Assembly (NCBI GenBank): GCA_963745035.1
Contig: CAVUVW010000013.1
Location: forward strand, 1,440,001 to 1,504,000
Reading direction: 5' to 3'
DNA from: an uncultured delta proteobacterium
GTDB lineage: Bacteria > Desulfobacterota > Binatia > UBA9968
Length of the DNA: 64,000 nucleotides
The notes below the pieces were generated by a model, which made no database searches, was not told where the DNA came from, and saw only the letters and a list, made by a program, of their open reading frames with translations. Every line of letters begins with the position of its first letter. Positions within the stretch are counted from its first letter, which is position 1. Shown here piece after piece: positions 1 to 11,834 of this stretch. The position numbers and the translations under genes were made by a program.

Positions 1-363
1 GCCGCCGAAGCCCGCCAGGGCCATGAAAATCAGCAGAGCAGGAAACGTCGTTGACGCGCTCAATCCGAATGTAGCAATGCCGATCAGAGCGATACAGATT
101 CCGAGCAAGACGCTGCGGCGGCGCGCCAGATCGGCGAAAAATCCCGAAGGGAAGCTCGCCACCCCGGCCAACAATGTGCGCGCCGAGGCGAGCGCGCCCG
201 CCTGCGCAAGGCTCAAACCCAAAGACGCGGTGATCAGCGGCAGGATGACCGCGATCACGGCGTTGAAAAGGTGCTCGGTCATGTGCGCCGCGGAGTTTGC
301 CGCCAATCTCCCCCAGACGGCGCTGGGCGCGGCTACCGGTTGAACATTCTCGATTTTCGACAT
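1..363 (-). CDS. MFS transporter, N-terminal part (runs off window start)
   Basis: Not in ORF track. Manual translation from ATG at 363: MSKIENVQPVAAPSAVWGRLAANSAAHMTEHLFNAVIAVILPLITASLGLSLAQAGAL...PSGFFADLARRRSVLLG, with hydrophobic helices and an MFS motif A-like segment. Confidence 0.8.
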   Translation of the reverse strand, partial: MSKIENVQPVAAPSAVWGRLAANSAAHMTEHLFNAVIAVILPLITASLGLSLAQAGALASARTLLAGVASFPSGFFADLARRRSVLLGICIALIGIATFGLSASTTFPALLIFMALAGFGG

Positions 364-543
364 TGCAAATTTAGAGGCGGTCTTTGAATCCATATGCGGA
401 TTTTACGGTCTTCGCAAGGTTGCGGGCGCAGGGAAGATCATTTTGGCAAATCCGCGCCGACGTGGCGAGAATTCGCTTGATGTGAGCCGTCATCCAAAAT
501 GAAAGATCTGCTATTGAATGCGCCGTCCGAGGAACGCCTCACG

Positions 544-567
544 AGAATAAGAGCGCACTCTTATTCT
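544..567. other. Perfect 10-bp inverted repeat (terminator or operator candidate)
   Basis: AGAATAAGAG-cgca-CTCTTATTCT between the CBS gene and the MFS gene. Confidence 0.45.
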
Positions 568-676
568 GACGATTCAATGATTTTTTGGCGCGCGGAATGG
601 CGAACGATCAAATAGCCGCGCCGTGACGTCATACTCGCCACGGCGCAGCGTTCCGATTTCCCGCCGGAGAGAGCCC

Positions 677-1156
677 CTAGCCGGCTTGTTTTCGCACCAG
701 GTCGAGAAGCTGCTGATAGGATTTTAACAAATCGGTCGAAGTAACGATGCCGCAAACCGTGCCGTCGTCCTCGACGACCGGCAGGCAGTTGATGCGTTTG
801 GAGACGAGTTTCGAGACCGCGTCGACGATCGGCGTGCTGCGCTTCACGGTGATCGGATTGCGCGTCATGATCTGGTCGAGCGATTTGGAGCGCGAGTTGG
901 GGTTTCGCGCCAGCGCCCTGAAAATGTCCCGGTCGGAAATAACGCCGACCGCTTTGCGATAACTGTCGACTATCACGCAATGGCGGAAATAGCGGTCGCT
1001 CATGAGATTGGCGACATCGTTGAAAGTGTGATGCGGGCTTAACGTGACGACTTTTGCCGTCATCACATCGGCCACTTCCGTCGGGCCGATCACCAAAGAA
1101 ATTTCGTGCGATTTCGCATTGTCGTGAAACGATTTCTGGTTCAGATTCTCCAACAT
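677..1156 (-). CDS. CBS domain pair protein
   Basis: VADVMT...VGVISDRDI...DQIMTRNPITV...LPVVEDDGTVCGIVTSTDLL. Confidence 0.9.
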   Translation of the reverse strand: MLENLNQKSFHDNAKSHEISLVIGPTEVADVMTAKVVTLSPHHTFNDVANLMSDRYFRHCVIVDSYRKAVGVISDRDIFRALARNPNSRSKSLDQIMTRNPITVKRSTPIVDAVSKLVSKRINCLPVVEDDGTVCGIVTSTDLLKSYQQLLDLVRKQAG

Positions 1157-1501
1157 GATTTTCCCCCGGAATTATAAAGATGGCGCTTTGCGTGAAATCA
1201 GGAGGAAGATAAAGCAATTCTTACACCACGGGGCTTGCGCGCGCTTGCGGGCCAACAGGTGGGCCGGAATCACACAATCTGGAAATCGCTCGCCTATTTT
1301 CTCCAAGTTGCTCCCAAAAGCGCATTGTCGCTCCTGGCCTCCCAGGACGCGCATTTTGTTCGATTTGGAAGAAAACCGTCAATTTTTGCTCGCGCCGGCA
1401 TAGCGGCGCCCACCGAAAAGGCGCGTCGCTTCCGGCGGTAGTTTGGCGCCCGGTCGTGTGTTAGTAAAACGTTTAACAACCGGAGAACGGGAGCAGAAAC
1501 A

Positions 1502-2562
1502 ATGACCCTTGTGCTCAGCAACGACGACGTCGCAAAAGCGCTCAACATCGACGATTGTCTCAAGATCATGGAGGAATCGTACCGCGAGCAGGCCGCCAGC
1601 CGGGCCGTCAACCGGCCGACTTGCCATTCCTATCTGCCGCACTCGATGGCGAATTCGACGTACAGCTTCAAGTCGGTCGACGGCGGCGTGGGCAAGTACG
1701 GCGTGCTCGCCTTGCGCATTACCTCGGACGTCGTTCAGGAACAAGAAGTTCGCGGCGCAGTGCGGCTGGAAAAGCTGCCGCTCGCGGGAAAAGGCATGTT
1801 CGTCGGCTTGGTGCAGCTTTTTAGCTCGGAAACCGGCGAGCTCTTGGCGATCATGCCTGACGGCCTCATCCAACAGACGCGCGTCGGCGTAACGAGCGCG
1901 CTCGGCATGAAAGCGATGGCGCGGAAAAATTCCGAGGTCCTCGGCCTGATCGGCTCAGGCGGCCAGGCAAAGGCGCATTATCGCTTCATGACCGCGATGA
2001 TGCCGTTCAAGAAAGTCAAAGTCTTTAGCCCCAATCCTGAGCATCGAAAAGCGTTCGTCGAAGAGATGGCCGAGGAGACCGGCGTTGCCGGTGAGCCGGT
2101 TGCGAGCGCGGAACAAGCCATCCGCGGTTGCGACGTTGTGTGCAGCGCGACCAACTCCTCGCAGCCGGTACTGAAACTCGACTGGCTCGAACCGGCATGC
2201 ACTACAATTCGATTCGGGAGTTCGAGACGGACCTCGAGGCTCTGGAAAAATGCGACGTGATCGCGATTCACACCCAATTCGGCGGCATCCAGCACTACCA
2301 GCCGCCGGGCATCGATGACGACATGCCGGGCGTGCGCCGCGAAAAGCCGCGCGATTGGTCGAAGTATCCTGAGATTTGCGATCTCATCGCCGGCAAAGCT
2401 CCCAGCCGCACCAACGACAAGCAGATCACTTTCTTTCTCAACAACGTCGGCACCGGCGTCCAGTTTGCCGCCATGGGCTACTGCGCCTACAAAGGAGCGA
2501 AGGAACAGGGGCTTGGGCGGGAAATCCCGAGCGAATGGTTCATGCAGGACATCAAGCCATGA
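1502..2562 (+). CDS. Ornithine cyclodeaminase/mu-crystallin family protein (frameshift near 2190)
   Basis: ORFs 1502..2260 and 2128..2562 join; GLIGSGGQA Rossmann motif, DVVCSATNS, ITFFLNNVGTGVQFAA. Confidence 0.85.
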
Positions 2563-2604
2563 TGATGCGACGATCGAGCCCTAGTAGTCTAAGTATCGCT
2601 GGAG

Positions 2605-3722
2605 CTAATTGCCCATCATTCTCTTCAGCCTCTCGATCACCTCCTGTGGCTGGGACATCGCTTCTTTGGTCAACGCCTCAACCTGCTCGCCCGTGGTCGG
2701 GTTCGATGTCCGATCTTTTTCTCTTGGTCTCGGCCAGAAATTCCGGATCTTTCATCGTTTTGTTGAAAGCGTCTCGAAGCGTCTTCACCATCTCCGGACG
2801 CATCTTGGGCGGCGCCAAGTAAGGCCGATGAAACTCACCCGAGGCGAGCACCGTCGTTGCCAAGCCGCCGTCCCGTCTCCGGCGTTTTGTACTTATCCAA
2901 GAGTTCATAAATCGTCGGCACATTGGCAAGCTTCTCGATCCTCGCTCTGCCGCCTTGAACCAACTCTCGTCGAAAAACCGTTCTTTCGCCAAGTATGAAA
3001 CGGCTCGCGGGAAAAATACGCCTCGGTGCTAAGAGAGCGGCATTGGATTTCGCCCCTCTCCACCGCGAGTCTATCTCGTTGCCGCCCTGATAACCGGAAA
3101 CCATGTTGAATTTCGCGCCGATGGTTTCTTCCAAAAGCTTGGGCACGAGATTGCCCATATTGCCCAAGCCCGTGGTGCCGCATTTGGGCGGCTCTTTGGC
3201 CGTGCGCACATCCTCGATGGTTTTGAACGGCGAGTCGGCGCGCATGTAGAGAACCTGCGGCGACTTGGTCGCGTTACCGATCCAGTTATATTTCGTCCAG
3301 TCGAATTTGACCTCACCCCGCCCGATCAGTTGCTCGAAATACAGTCCCGCGTTGATCGCCCCCATGGTTAAACCGTCCGGTTTGGCGACGTTGTAGATAT
3401 AATTTGCCGCGATCATATGGCCCGCGCCCGGCATATTCTGCACGAAAACATTGGGATTGCCCGGCAAATATTTGCCCATGAAAAGACGCGATGGCTGCGC
3501 GCATAAAGGTCGTAGAGATCGCCCGCCCCCGTGCCGACAATAATGGTCAGCGGTTTTGCCCTGGTAGTTGGGAGCTTGGGCACGGACTCGCTCAATCGAA
3601 AGTAAATTGAATACCGTCCAGATCAGAAAAACGACGAGGGCGAAATTCGTTTTTCTTGTCTCCCGGCGAAAGTATGAAGCACCTGAACCCACGGCAGCAA
3701 ACTGAATTCTCGATGATCCCAT
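2605..3722 (-). CDS. Tripartite tricarboxylate transporter substrate-binding protein (TctC/Bug), several frameshifts
   Basis: NVFVQNMPGAGHMIAANYIYNVAKPDGLT, SGYQGGNEID..AVERGEIQCR, PYLAPPKMRPEMVKTLRDAFNKTMKDPEF; GGAGG RBS before ATG at 3722. Confidence 0.8.
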
Positions 3723-3796
3723 CGTAACCTCCGAACCCGACAGTTTGTCGATCCAAGCCTTAAAAGTTATTCGACCTTTTGCAGACTTAAAGCTAC

Positions 3797-4912
3797 CTAC
3801 CACGTTTCCGCTCTGCCTCCCTGCACCCACCAGTTCAAACGCGGCTCGATTTTTAGCTCGTGACCTTTACCATTCTGCCGTGCGAGCTCATAACATTTTT
3901 TTGCGAGCGCGATGTCGACGATGCCCTGCCCACCCTGGTTCTTGTAAAGAATAATCTGACCGTCGTCGGTCCGGCCTTGCGCCTTACCGGCGAGCACATC
4001 GGCAATTTCCACAACTTTGTCCCAACCGATGATTCCATTCTGAACCGGCCAGTAGATATCGCCCTGCTGCGAATCGATCGCCTGCGCTTTGGAGAGCGCG
4101 ACAACGAAGTCGCAGCGCCGGAGCGTCGTGTCGTCGATCTCCCGCCGCGGCGCGGCCAGGTTGCCGCTTTTTACCAGCTCGATGTTGCTACCGATGACCG
4201 AAATAATGTACTGGCCCGCTTCGAGCCACGCCCCGTCGATCACCGGCACATTGGTGTTGGTCATGCACAGAATGATATCGACGTCTTTCGCCGCCAACTC
4301 CGGCGCATCTACCGGCCTCACCTGCACGCCTGTTTTTGCGCTGATCTTTTTAGCGAAACCTTCGCGGTGCGCCGGCGTGGGGCTAAACACTTTCGCGCTT
4401 TCGATCTTGCGCAGTTCGCACAGTCCGGCAAAAGTCGCCCAGGCCTGCTGCCCGGACCCATAGATTCCAACCCGCCGCGCATCTTGCCGTGCGAATAGGT
4501 CCAAGCCGGCCAAGCTTGTCGCGGGGGTGCGCAGGTCCGCCACGCCGGTAAAATCACGCGGGCGATGGGCCATGACACCCAGCAGAGATCCGTTATCGGT
4601 GTCGTAGATCAGTGCCAGCTCGGTTTGATCGGGATTGAACGGCGGCCGTTGCTGCGTATTCCCCGCTATCGCCTTTCGGTGGAGCGCCACCTGCGCCCCG
4701 ACGGCTCTGTAAGACGCCGAGCCGCCGGCGTAAATATTGAGAACCGTATCGAAAGTTCCTTCGGCGACGTTGCGATGAAGATTGAGCCGCTTGCGCGGTG
4801 CATTGACGCCGTCAGGCGAGACCAAATCGCGCAAGGCCTGCTCGGTGATTTTTACCGCTTCTTTGAACGGAATCAGTTGATCCACATCGTCGGAATGAAA
4901 AAACAGCGCCAC
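3797..4912 (-). CDS. Ornithine cyclodeaminase/mu-crystallin family protein
   Basis: ADLRTPATS, VGIYGSGQQA, DIILCMTN, IILYKNQGGQGIVDIA. Confidence 0.85.
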   Translation of the reverse strand: MALFFHSDDVDQLIPFKEAVKITEQALRDLVSPDGVNAPRKRLNLHRNVAEGTFDTVLNIYAGGSASYRAVGAQVALHRKAIAGNTQQRPPFNPDQTELALIYDTDNGSLLGVMAHRPRDFTGVADLRTPATSLAGLDLFARQDARRVGIYGSGQQAWATFAGLCELRKIESAKVFSPTPAHREGFAKKISAKTGVQVRPVDAPELAAKDVDIILCMTNTNVPVIDGAWLEAGQYIISVIGSNIELVKSGNLAAPRREIDDTTLRRCDFVVALSKAQAIDSQQGDIYWPVQNGIIGWDKVVEIADVLAGKAQGRTDDGQIILYKNQGGQGIVDIALAKKCYELARQNGKGHELKIEPRLNWWVQGGRAETW

Positions 4913-4966
4913 AAACTTCTCCGTCCGAGACTACTGAAAAAACTTGGGTTTTTTAGGGCTAGTCGC

Positions 4967-5962
4967 TCATCTTCCAAAATCCGTGTCCCATAATTTTCTC
5001 ATCTTCGCCCATCTGCTCCTCAGACAATTCGGTGCGCCGGAGCAAGCTACGGCCTCGTCCACATGCGTCGTATTGGAAAAACCAACGAGCACGGTTGAAA
5101 CATTTTGGTTCATCAGACCGAAGCGGATCGCGGCTTGGGTGAGATCCTTCCCCTGCACGTTCAGTGCTGTCTTAACTTTCTCCGCTCGCTGTAAATCACT
5201 TGCATAATCCGAACCTGGCGACAATGTCTGCCCGCTGCCGCCGCCGCCTTTGCTGGGATCGGCAGTGAGCGCGCCGGCGGCAAGAACGCGAATGACGAAT
5301 GCGCCCATCCCTTTTGCGGCGGCACGGTCGAGAATCCGACCGTAATCCAACGCGCTGAATGCGGCTGGCACCGCTTGGCCAGCGCTCGGATTGAGCAAGT
5401 TGTAATAGCACTGAAAACCCTGAAACTCGCCGCTCTCGACCAGCTCATGCAGCGCCTGCGGATCACCTAGGCCGCTGAAACCAAAAAAGCCGACCTTGCC
5501 GCGGTCGCGCATCGCCTTCAGGCCGTCGACGACGCCGTTCGGTCCGAGCACGTCTTTCGGTGTCAGGCTGAAACGTTTTTCGCCGCCGCGTTCAGAAGTG
5601 ACCCGAGTGTGGAGCTGGACGAAATCGACGCGCTCGCGCCCCAGCCGCTCTAAGCCGGCTTCGACGGCGCGGATTGTGGCGGCTTTGATATTATCAACAC
5701 AATCAGCTTCGAGACGAATCTTGGTCGAGATGACCGGATCGGCGCCCAACTCCTTGAGCACCCGCCCTAAGTTTTCCTCGGATTTTCCCAGGCCGTAGGC
5801 GAAAGCCGTGTCGAAAAAATTTATTCCCGCATCCAACGCGCGCCGCACCACTTTGAGTTGATCTTCGTAGGGCGCCTTGACCATCAACACGGCGTTGTTG
5901 CCGCAGCCAAAGCCGATTTCGGAAACGCGCAGCCCGGTTTGACCAATGGTTCGATATTGCAT
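4967..5962 (-). CDS. Aldo/keto reductase
   Basis: YRTIGQTGLRVSEIGFGC, FFDTAFAYGLGKSEE, ISTK, DFVQLH. Confidence 0.9.
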   Translation of the reverse strand: MQYRTIGQTGLRVSEIGFGCGNNAVLMVKAPYEDQLKVVRRALDAGINFFDTAFAYGLGKSEENLGRVLKELGADPVISTKIRLEADCVDNIKAATIRAVEAGLERLGRERVDFVQLHTRVTSERGGEKRFSLTPKDVLGPNGVVDGLKAMRDRGKVGFFGFSGLGDPQALHELVESGEFQGFQCYYNLLNPSAGQAVPAAFSALDYGRILDRAAAKGMGAFVIRVLAAGALTADPSKGGGGSGQTLSPGSDYASDLQRAEKVKTALNVQGKDLTQAAIRFGLMNQNVSTVLVGFSNTTHVDEAVACSGAPNCLRSRWAKMRKLWDTDFGR

Positions 5963-5975
5963 GATTTCCCCCGCT

Positions 5976-6668
5976 CTATATTTCCGACAGCATCGCCAGG
6001 ACCGCCTCGGTATCTGTAAGATCCGCCAAACAAACGTCCGGCTGCCAATACTGAAGCTCTTCTACCGGATATCGGCCCGTTCCGACAAGGACGCATTTCA
6101 TTTGATTGTGCCGGGCCGCTTCCAGATCCTTTGGTGTATCGCCGATCACGACGCACCGTTTGACCGGCAAGGTTCGACCAGCCAGTCCTTCCCAGCGTGC
6201 CTTCGCAATATCCGGTAAATCGGCGCGACGCCGTGAATCGCTCGCGTAAGCGCCGCGGCGCAAAAACGGAGCAAGGCCGGCGGCTTCCAATTTTATAGCT
6301 GCCGTCGCCTCAAAGTTGCCCGTCACCACGCTGGAGCTGAAATCGTCGCGCAGAGAAAGCTCGCGCAGCAACTCGGCCGCGCCCGGCAAAGCCCGGATGG
6401 TCGTGGTCCCTTGGCGCACGTGATGGTGATAACGCTCGCGCAAGTGAATCGTGAACTGTTCCCAATCTTCGTCGCGGAACGCGATCTTGGCATTCGCCTT
6501 GGCGCAGATCTCTTCCACAATCATCGGATCGGTATTACCGTCCGGCACGACAGTTCGAATATCGCCGTCGAAACCGAATGTCTTAAGAATTGCTTCGTTA
6601 AACGGCAAATAGCCGTTTTGCGTGCGCGTGAGCGTGCCGTCGATGTCGAACAGAATCAGCCGATGCAT
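5976..6668 (-). CDS. HAD-superfamily hydrolase/phosphatase
   Basis: FDIDGTL motif I, VVTGN, VIGDTPKD motif IV. Confidence 0.9.
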   Translation of the reverse strand: MHRLILFDIDGTLTRTQNGYLPFNEAILKTFGFDGDIRTVVPDGNTDPMIVEEICAKANAKIAFRDEDWEQFTIHLRERYHHHVRQGTTTIRALPGAAELLRELSLRDDFSSSVVTGNFEATAAIKLEAAGLAPFLRRGAYASDSRRRADLPDIAKARWEGLAGRTLPVKRCVVIGDTPKDLEAARHNQMKCVLVGTGRYPVEELQYWQPDVCLADLTDTEAVLAMLSEI

Positions 6669-6730
6669 GAGCAGGGAAATAGTCGCACAATCTCAATCTG
6701 CTGGGCAAATTCAATCGTGCTTTTCCCGCG

Positions 6731-6759
6731 TTGACATGTCCGGTTATTCCGGATAAGAG
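6731..6759 (+). promoter_or_regulatory. Putative sigma70 promoter for the riboswitch leader
   Basis: TTGACA (6731-6736), 17-nt spacer, TAAGAG, placed just upstream of the aptamer. Confidence 0.45.
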
Positions 6760-6771
6760 AAATACGTAAGT

Positions 6772-6848
6772 TTTGCGCGACTGGCGAACGTGGAATTGAC
6801 CACGAGGGAGTGCAAAGCCTTAAGACGGCCGAACGCCTGGGTCTCTTA
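6772..6848 (+). ncRNA. ZMP/ZTP (pfl) riboswitch aptamer
   Basis: P1 TTTGCGC/GTGCAAA; conserved GACTGGCGAA; P2 CGTGG/CCACG; GGGAG; P3 loop CGCCTGGG able to pseudoknot with GGCG. Matches the pfl motif consensus as I recall it. Confidence 0.9.
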
Positions 6849-6871
6849 ACCAGAGAGGTCCAGGCTTTTTT
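6835..6871 (+). terminator. Intrinsic terminator of the riboswitch expression platform
   Basis: GCCTGGGTCTCT...AGAGGTCCAGGC followed by TTTTTT; the 5' arm is the aptamer P3/pseudoknot strand. Confidence 0.85.
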
Positions 6872-6968
6872 GTGGACATTGCGCCGTTGATATAGTCATT
6901 ACGCCGCATTCTCCACTCTGTCCTGCCTCGCTTGGCCTTCGTTGCCGGTTGTCAGAGGAAATTTCGTC

Positions 6969-8112
6969 ATGATCAAGCACTATCTGCTCTCCCCCGGCCC
7001 GACGCCGATTCCCAACGAAGTTGCTCTGGCGATGGCGGAGACGATGATCCACCATCGCACGCCGCAGTTTAATCGCGTTTTCGACGAAGCGCGGGAAAAG
7101 CTCAAAAAACTCTTCGGCACAAAAAACGATGTGCTCATACTGGCTTCCTCGGGCACGGGCGCGATGGAAGCCGCGGTCGCCAACCTTTTTTCGCCGGGCG
7201 ACAAAGTCCTCGTCGTCAACGGCGGAAAATTCGGCGAGCGCTGGCTCAACATTTCCAACGCCTATGGTCTAAGTCCCATCGATCTCAGAGTACCCTGGGG
7301 CCAGGCGGTGAAGGTCGCTGAAGTCGAAAAGGCGCTCAAGGCTAATCCGGACATCCAGGGCGTGATGATTCAAGCGAGCGAAACGTCCACCACGGTTCTT
7401 CATCCGGTGAGGGAAATCGCCAAACTCACCAAAAACGGCCCGCTCTTCTTGGTTGACGGCGTTACCGCCGTGGGCGTCGTGCCGTTGTTGTTGGATGATT
7501 GGGGCATCGACGCGCTGGTCACCGGCTCGCAGAAAGCCCTCATGCTGCCGCCCGGTTTGGGCTTCGTCGCGCTGAGCGACCGCGCCTGGGAAAAAACCAA
7601 AAAAGCCAAGCTGCCGCGGTTTTATTTCGATCTCAATCTCGAGCGCAAGAATCAGCAGAAGGGCTCCGGCGCGTTTACGCCCGCGGTGTCTTTGATCTTC
7701 GGCGTGCGCGCTTCGCTCAATATGATCGAGCGCGAGGGCGTCGAAAACGTCTACGCGCGCCATGCGCGGCTCTGCCGCGCCACTCGAGCAGCGGCAACGG
7801 CATTGGGACTAAAATTGCTGGCGCCCGACAGCCCGAGCCCTGCCGCCACCGGCGTCTATCTGCCCGACCGGCATCGACGCGGATCAGGTGCTCGATTATC
7901 TGCGCGACAAGATGAACGTCACCTTGGCCGAAGGCCAGGATCAGCTCAAAGGCAAAGTGATCCGCATTGCCCATATCGGCTATATGGGCGCGTTCGACGT
8001 GATCACCGCGGTCGCCGCATTGGAAATGGCGCTCAGAAAATTCGGCGCCGAAATTCCGCTCGGCAAAGGCGTCGCCGCGGCGCAGGAAGTTTTGCTGGAG
8101 GCGTTGGTGTAA
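6969..8112 (+). CDS. Class V PLP aminotransferase (alanine-glyoxylate/serine-pyruvate family, probable SerC function); frameshift near 7870
   Basis: LLSPGPTP, SSGTGAMEAA, LVDGVT, TGSQKALMLPPG (PLP lysine); C-terminus IRIAHIG in ORF 7888..8112; directly upstream of serA. Confidence 0.85.
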
Positions 8113-8117
8113 AGGCC

Positions 8118-8193
8118 GAGGATAGAGAATGGAGGATGGAGAATAGAAGATCGCGCGTGATTTGCTATCCTCCATCCTCAATCCTCGATCTTC
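8118..8193. repeat. Inverted heptamer arrays (GAGGATG-like x5 / CATCCTC-like x4)
   Basis: gaggata gagaatg gaggatg gagaata gaagatc ... tatcctc catcctc aatcctc gatcttc. Confidence 0.8.
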
Positions 8194-8221
8194 GACCCGT
8201 TAGTAAACTGTGGACCGTAAA

Positions 8222-9805
8222 ATGAAGATCCTAGTCACCGACTCGCTTGCGCCCGAAGGCCTGGAGGTGTTCAAGAACGCCGAAGGCTTCGAGGTCGACG
8301 TCAAAATCGGCCTCAAGGCCGACGAGCTCAAAAAAATCTGCGGCGACTACGACGGCTGGGTCATTCGCAGCGGCACGAAGATCACCGCCGAGTTGATCGA
8401 TGCGGCGAAAAATCTAAAAGTCATCGGCCGCGCCGGCGTGGGCTACGAAAACATCGACGCCGACGCCGCGACCAAGCGCGGCATCGTCGTCATGAATACC
8501 CCCGGCGGCAACAACGTCACCACCGGCGAGCATACGATTGCTCTCATCATGGCGCTTGCCCGGCACATTCCCCAGGCCGTTGCATCGCTCAAGGGCGGCA
8601 AATGGGACCGCAATAAATTTGTCGGCGTGGAACTCTGCAACAAGACCATCGGGATCATCGGACTTGGCAACGTCGGGCGCATCGTCGCCGAAAGGGCGGC
8701 CGGCTTGAAAATGAAGGTTCTCGGTTACGATCCGTTCATCGCCTCGGAAAATATCGCGCGCATGGGCGTGGAGCCCGGCACTCTCGAAGAAATTTTCACC
8801 AAGTCCGATTTCATCACGGTGCACGTGCCGTTGACCTCGGAAACCCAGGGCCTGATCAATAAGGCTGCCTTCAAGAAAATGAAGGCCAGCGTGCGCATCA
8901 TCAATTGCGCCCGCGGCGGCATCGTAGACGAGCAAGACTTAGCCGACGCCATCAAAGCCGGCAAAGTCGCGGGCGCGGCGCTCGATGTTTACGTTGACGA
9001 GCCGCCACCGGCCGATCATCCGCTGCTGAAGCTCGATCAAGTCATCACCACGCCGCATCTCGGCGCCTCCACCGACGAAGCGCAGCTCAACGTCGCCATC
9101 GCGGTGGCCGAGCAGATGGTCGACTTTCTTGCCCGGGGCGTGGTGCGCTACGCCGTCAACGTTCCCTCGGTCAGTCCCGAGCTTCTGGCCGTGCTTCGTC
9201 CGTACTTGACCCTCAGCGAAAAACTCGGCAGCCTCCACACCCAGATGGGCGGCTCGCTGCCCGATGAAGTGCAGGTCGAGTACCGCGGTGACGTGACCCA
9301 ATTCAACGTCGCGCCGCTCACGGTCGCAGTTTTGAAGGGCCTCTTATCGCCGGTGCTCGAATCGGCCGTCAATTACGTCAACGCGCCGATGATGGCCAAA
9401 GAGCGCGGCATCAAAATCGTCGAATCGAAGGGCGAAGAAGCCGGCGATTTTGCCAGCTCGATCATCCTCAAGGGCAAGAACGGCAAAGAGCAACTGGAGA
9501 TCGAAGGCGCGATGTTCGGCGCCAAGCACCCGCGCATCGTGCGGGTCAATAATTTTTACCTCGAAGCCGTACCGGAAGGCTATATTCTGATCCTGCAGAA
9601 TAACGATGTTCCCGGCGTGGTCGGCGCCGTTGGAACGATCCTCGGCAATAACGGCATCAACATCGCAGGCATGGAGCTCGGCCGCAGCCAAAAAGGCGGC
9701 AACGCGATCTCGTTCACGCACGTCGATGAAGTGCTCAGCAAAAAGGCCCTCGACGAGCTCCGCGCCCTGCCGCAAATCGTCTCCGCAACCTTGGTGAAAT
9801 TGTGA
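8222..9805 (+). CDS. serA: D-3-phosphoglycerate dehydrogenase (type I, ASB plus ACT domains)
   Basis: RAGVGYENID, GIIGLGNVG, INCARGGIVDE, TPHLGASTDEAQ, C-terminal NDVPGVVG ACT domain. Confidence 0.97.
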   Translation: MKILVTDSLAPEGLEVFKNAEGFEVDVKIGLKADELKKICGDYDGWVIRSGTKITAELIDAAKNLKVIGRAGVGYENIDADAATKRGIVVMNTPGGNNVTTGEHTIALIMALARHIPQAVASLKGGKWDRNKFVGVELCNKTIGIIGLGNVGRIVAERAAGLKMKVLGYDPFIASENIARMGVEPGTLEEIFTKSDFITVHVPLTSETQGLINKAAFKKMKASVRIINCARGGIVDEQDLADAIKAGKVAGAALDVYVDEPPPADHPLLKLDQVITTPHLGASTDEAQLNVAIAVAEQMVDFLARGVVRYAVNVPSVSPELLAVLRPYLTLSEKLGSLHTQMGGSLPDEVQVEYRGDVTQFNVAPLTVAVLKGLLSPVLESAVNYVNAPMMAKERGIKIVESKGEEAGDFASSIILKGKNGKEQLEIEGAMFGAKHPRIVRVNNFYLEAVPEGYILILQNNDVPGVVGAVGTILGNNGINIAGMELGRSQKGGNAISFTHVDEVLSKKALDELRALPQIVSATLVKL

Positions 9806-9815
9806 AAAGAGAAGA

Positions 9816-9903
9816 AGGCAACAGGCAACAGGCAGCAGGCAACAGGTTGCGACGCGTCCTGCCTGTCCTACTACTCACGCCTCACGGCTCACGCCTCACG
9901 CCT
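9816..9903. repeat. Heptamer arrays (AGGCAAC-like x4 and CTCACGC-like x4)
   Basis: aggcaac aggcaac aggcagc aggcaac ... ctcacgc ctcacgg ctcacgc ctcacgc. Confidence 0.85.
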
Positions 9904-9905
9904 AA

Positions 9906-11279
<1,374 letters not shown>

Positions 11280-11282
11280 TTT

Positions 11283-11426
11283 CTAGCGCAATTTGAAAAT
11301 ATCCAGATACTGCTTCACGGTCGCGTCGAAGTCTTGATAGTCTTCCGGGTTTTCGATCACGTACTTGAAGCCGCGGAAAAGCCGCGGCGGATCGGGATCG
11401 ACGTCTTTTCGCACCGGGATGCGCTG
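11283..11426 (-). pseudogene. C-terminal remnant, possibly of an extracellular solute-binding protein
   Basis: Manual translation QRIPVRKDVDPDPPRLFRGFKYVIENPEDYQDFDATVKQYLDIFKLR-stop with coding-like codons; no ATG upstream before an in-frame stop. Confidence 0.45.
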
Positions 11427-11512
11427 GGCGCCGTCAAAGTATGCGCTTGAATACGTTCCAAAGGGGTGATTATCATGACCCGGGTGGCGAACTTGAAGTA
11501 TCGGAGGTGATT

Positions 11513-11821
11513 ATGGACGGGGAACCAACCAACAAAGAAAGATTGGTCAACGATCTGAAAACGCTCGTCGGCGACGCCGAAGAGCTGTTGAAGGCGACGG
11601 CAAACCAAGCGGGTGAGAGAATCTCGGTAGCGCGCCAGAAAATCGAGCAGAGTCTCGTGGAAGGAAAAAAAGCTCTCGCCGATGCCGAGGCCACGCTTTT
11701 CAAGAAATCCAAGGAGTGCGCGGAAATCGCCGACGACTATGTCAGGGAGAATCCCTGGGGCGCGGTCGGCATCGCCGCCGCGGTCGGCCTGGCCGTCGGT
11801 CTCTTGATTCGCGGCAGGTAA
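11513..11821 (+). CDS. DUF883/ElaB/YqjD family membrane-anchored protein
   Basis: LVNDLKTLVGDAEELLKAT...DDYVRENPWGAVGIAAAVGLAVGLLI; GGAGG RBS. Confidence 0.9.
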   Translation: MDGEPTNKERLVNDLKTLVGDAEELLKATANQAGERISVARQKIEQSLVEGKKALADAEATLFKKSKECAEIADDYVRENPWGAVGIAAAVGLAVGLLIRGR

Positions 11822-11834
11822 ATAGTCACGGTTG

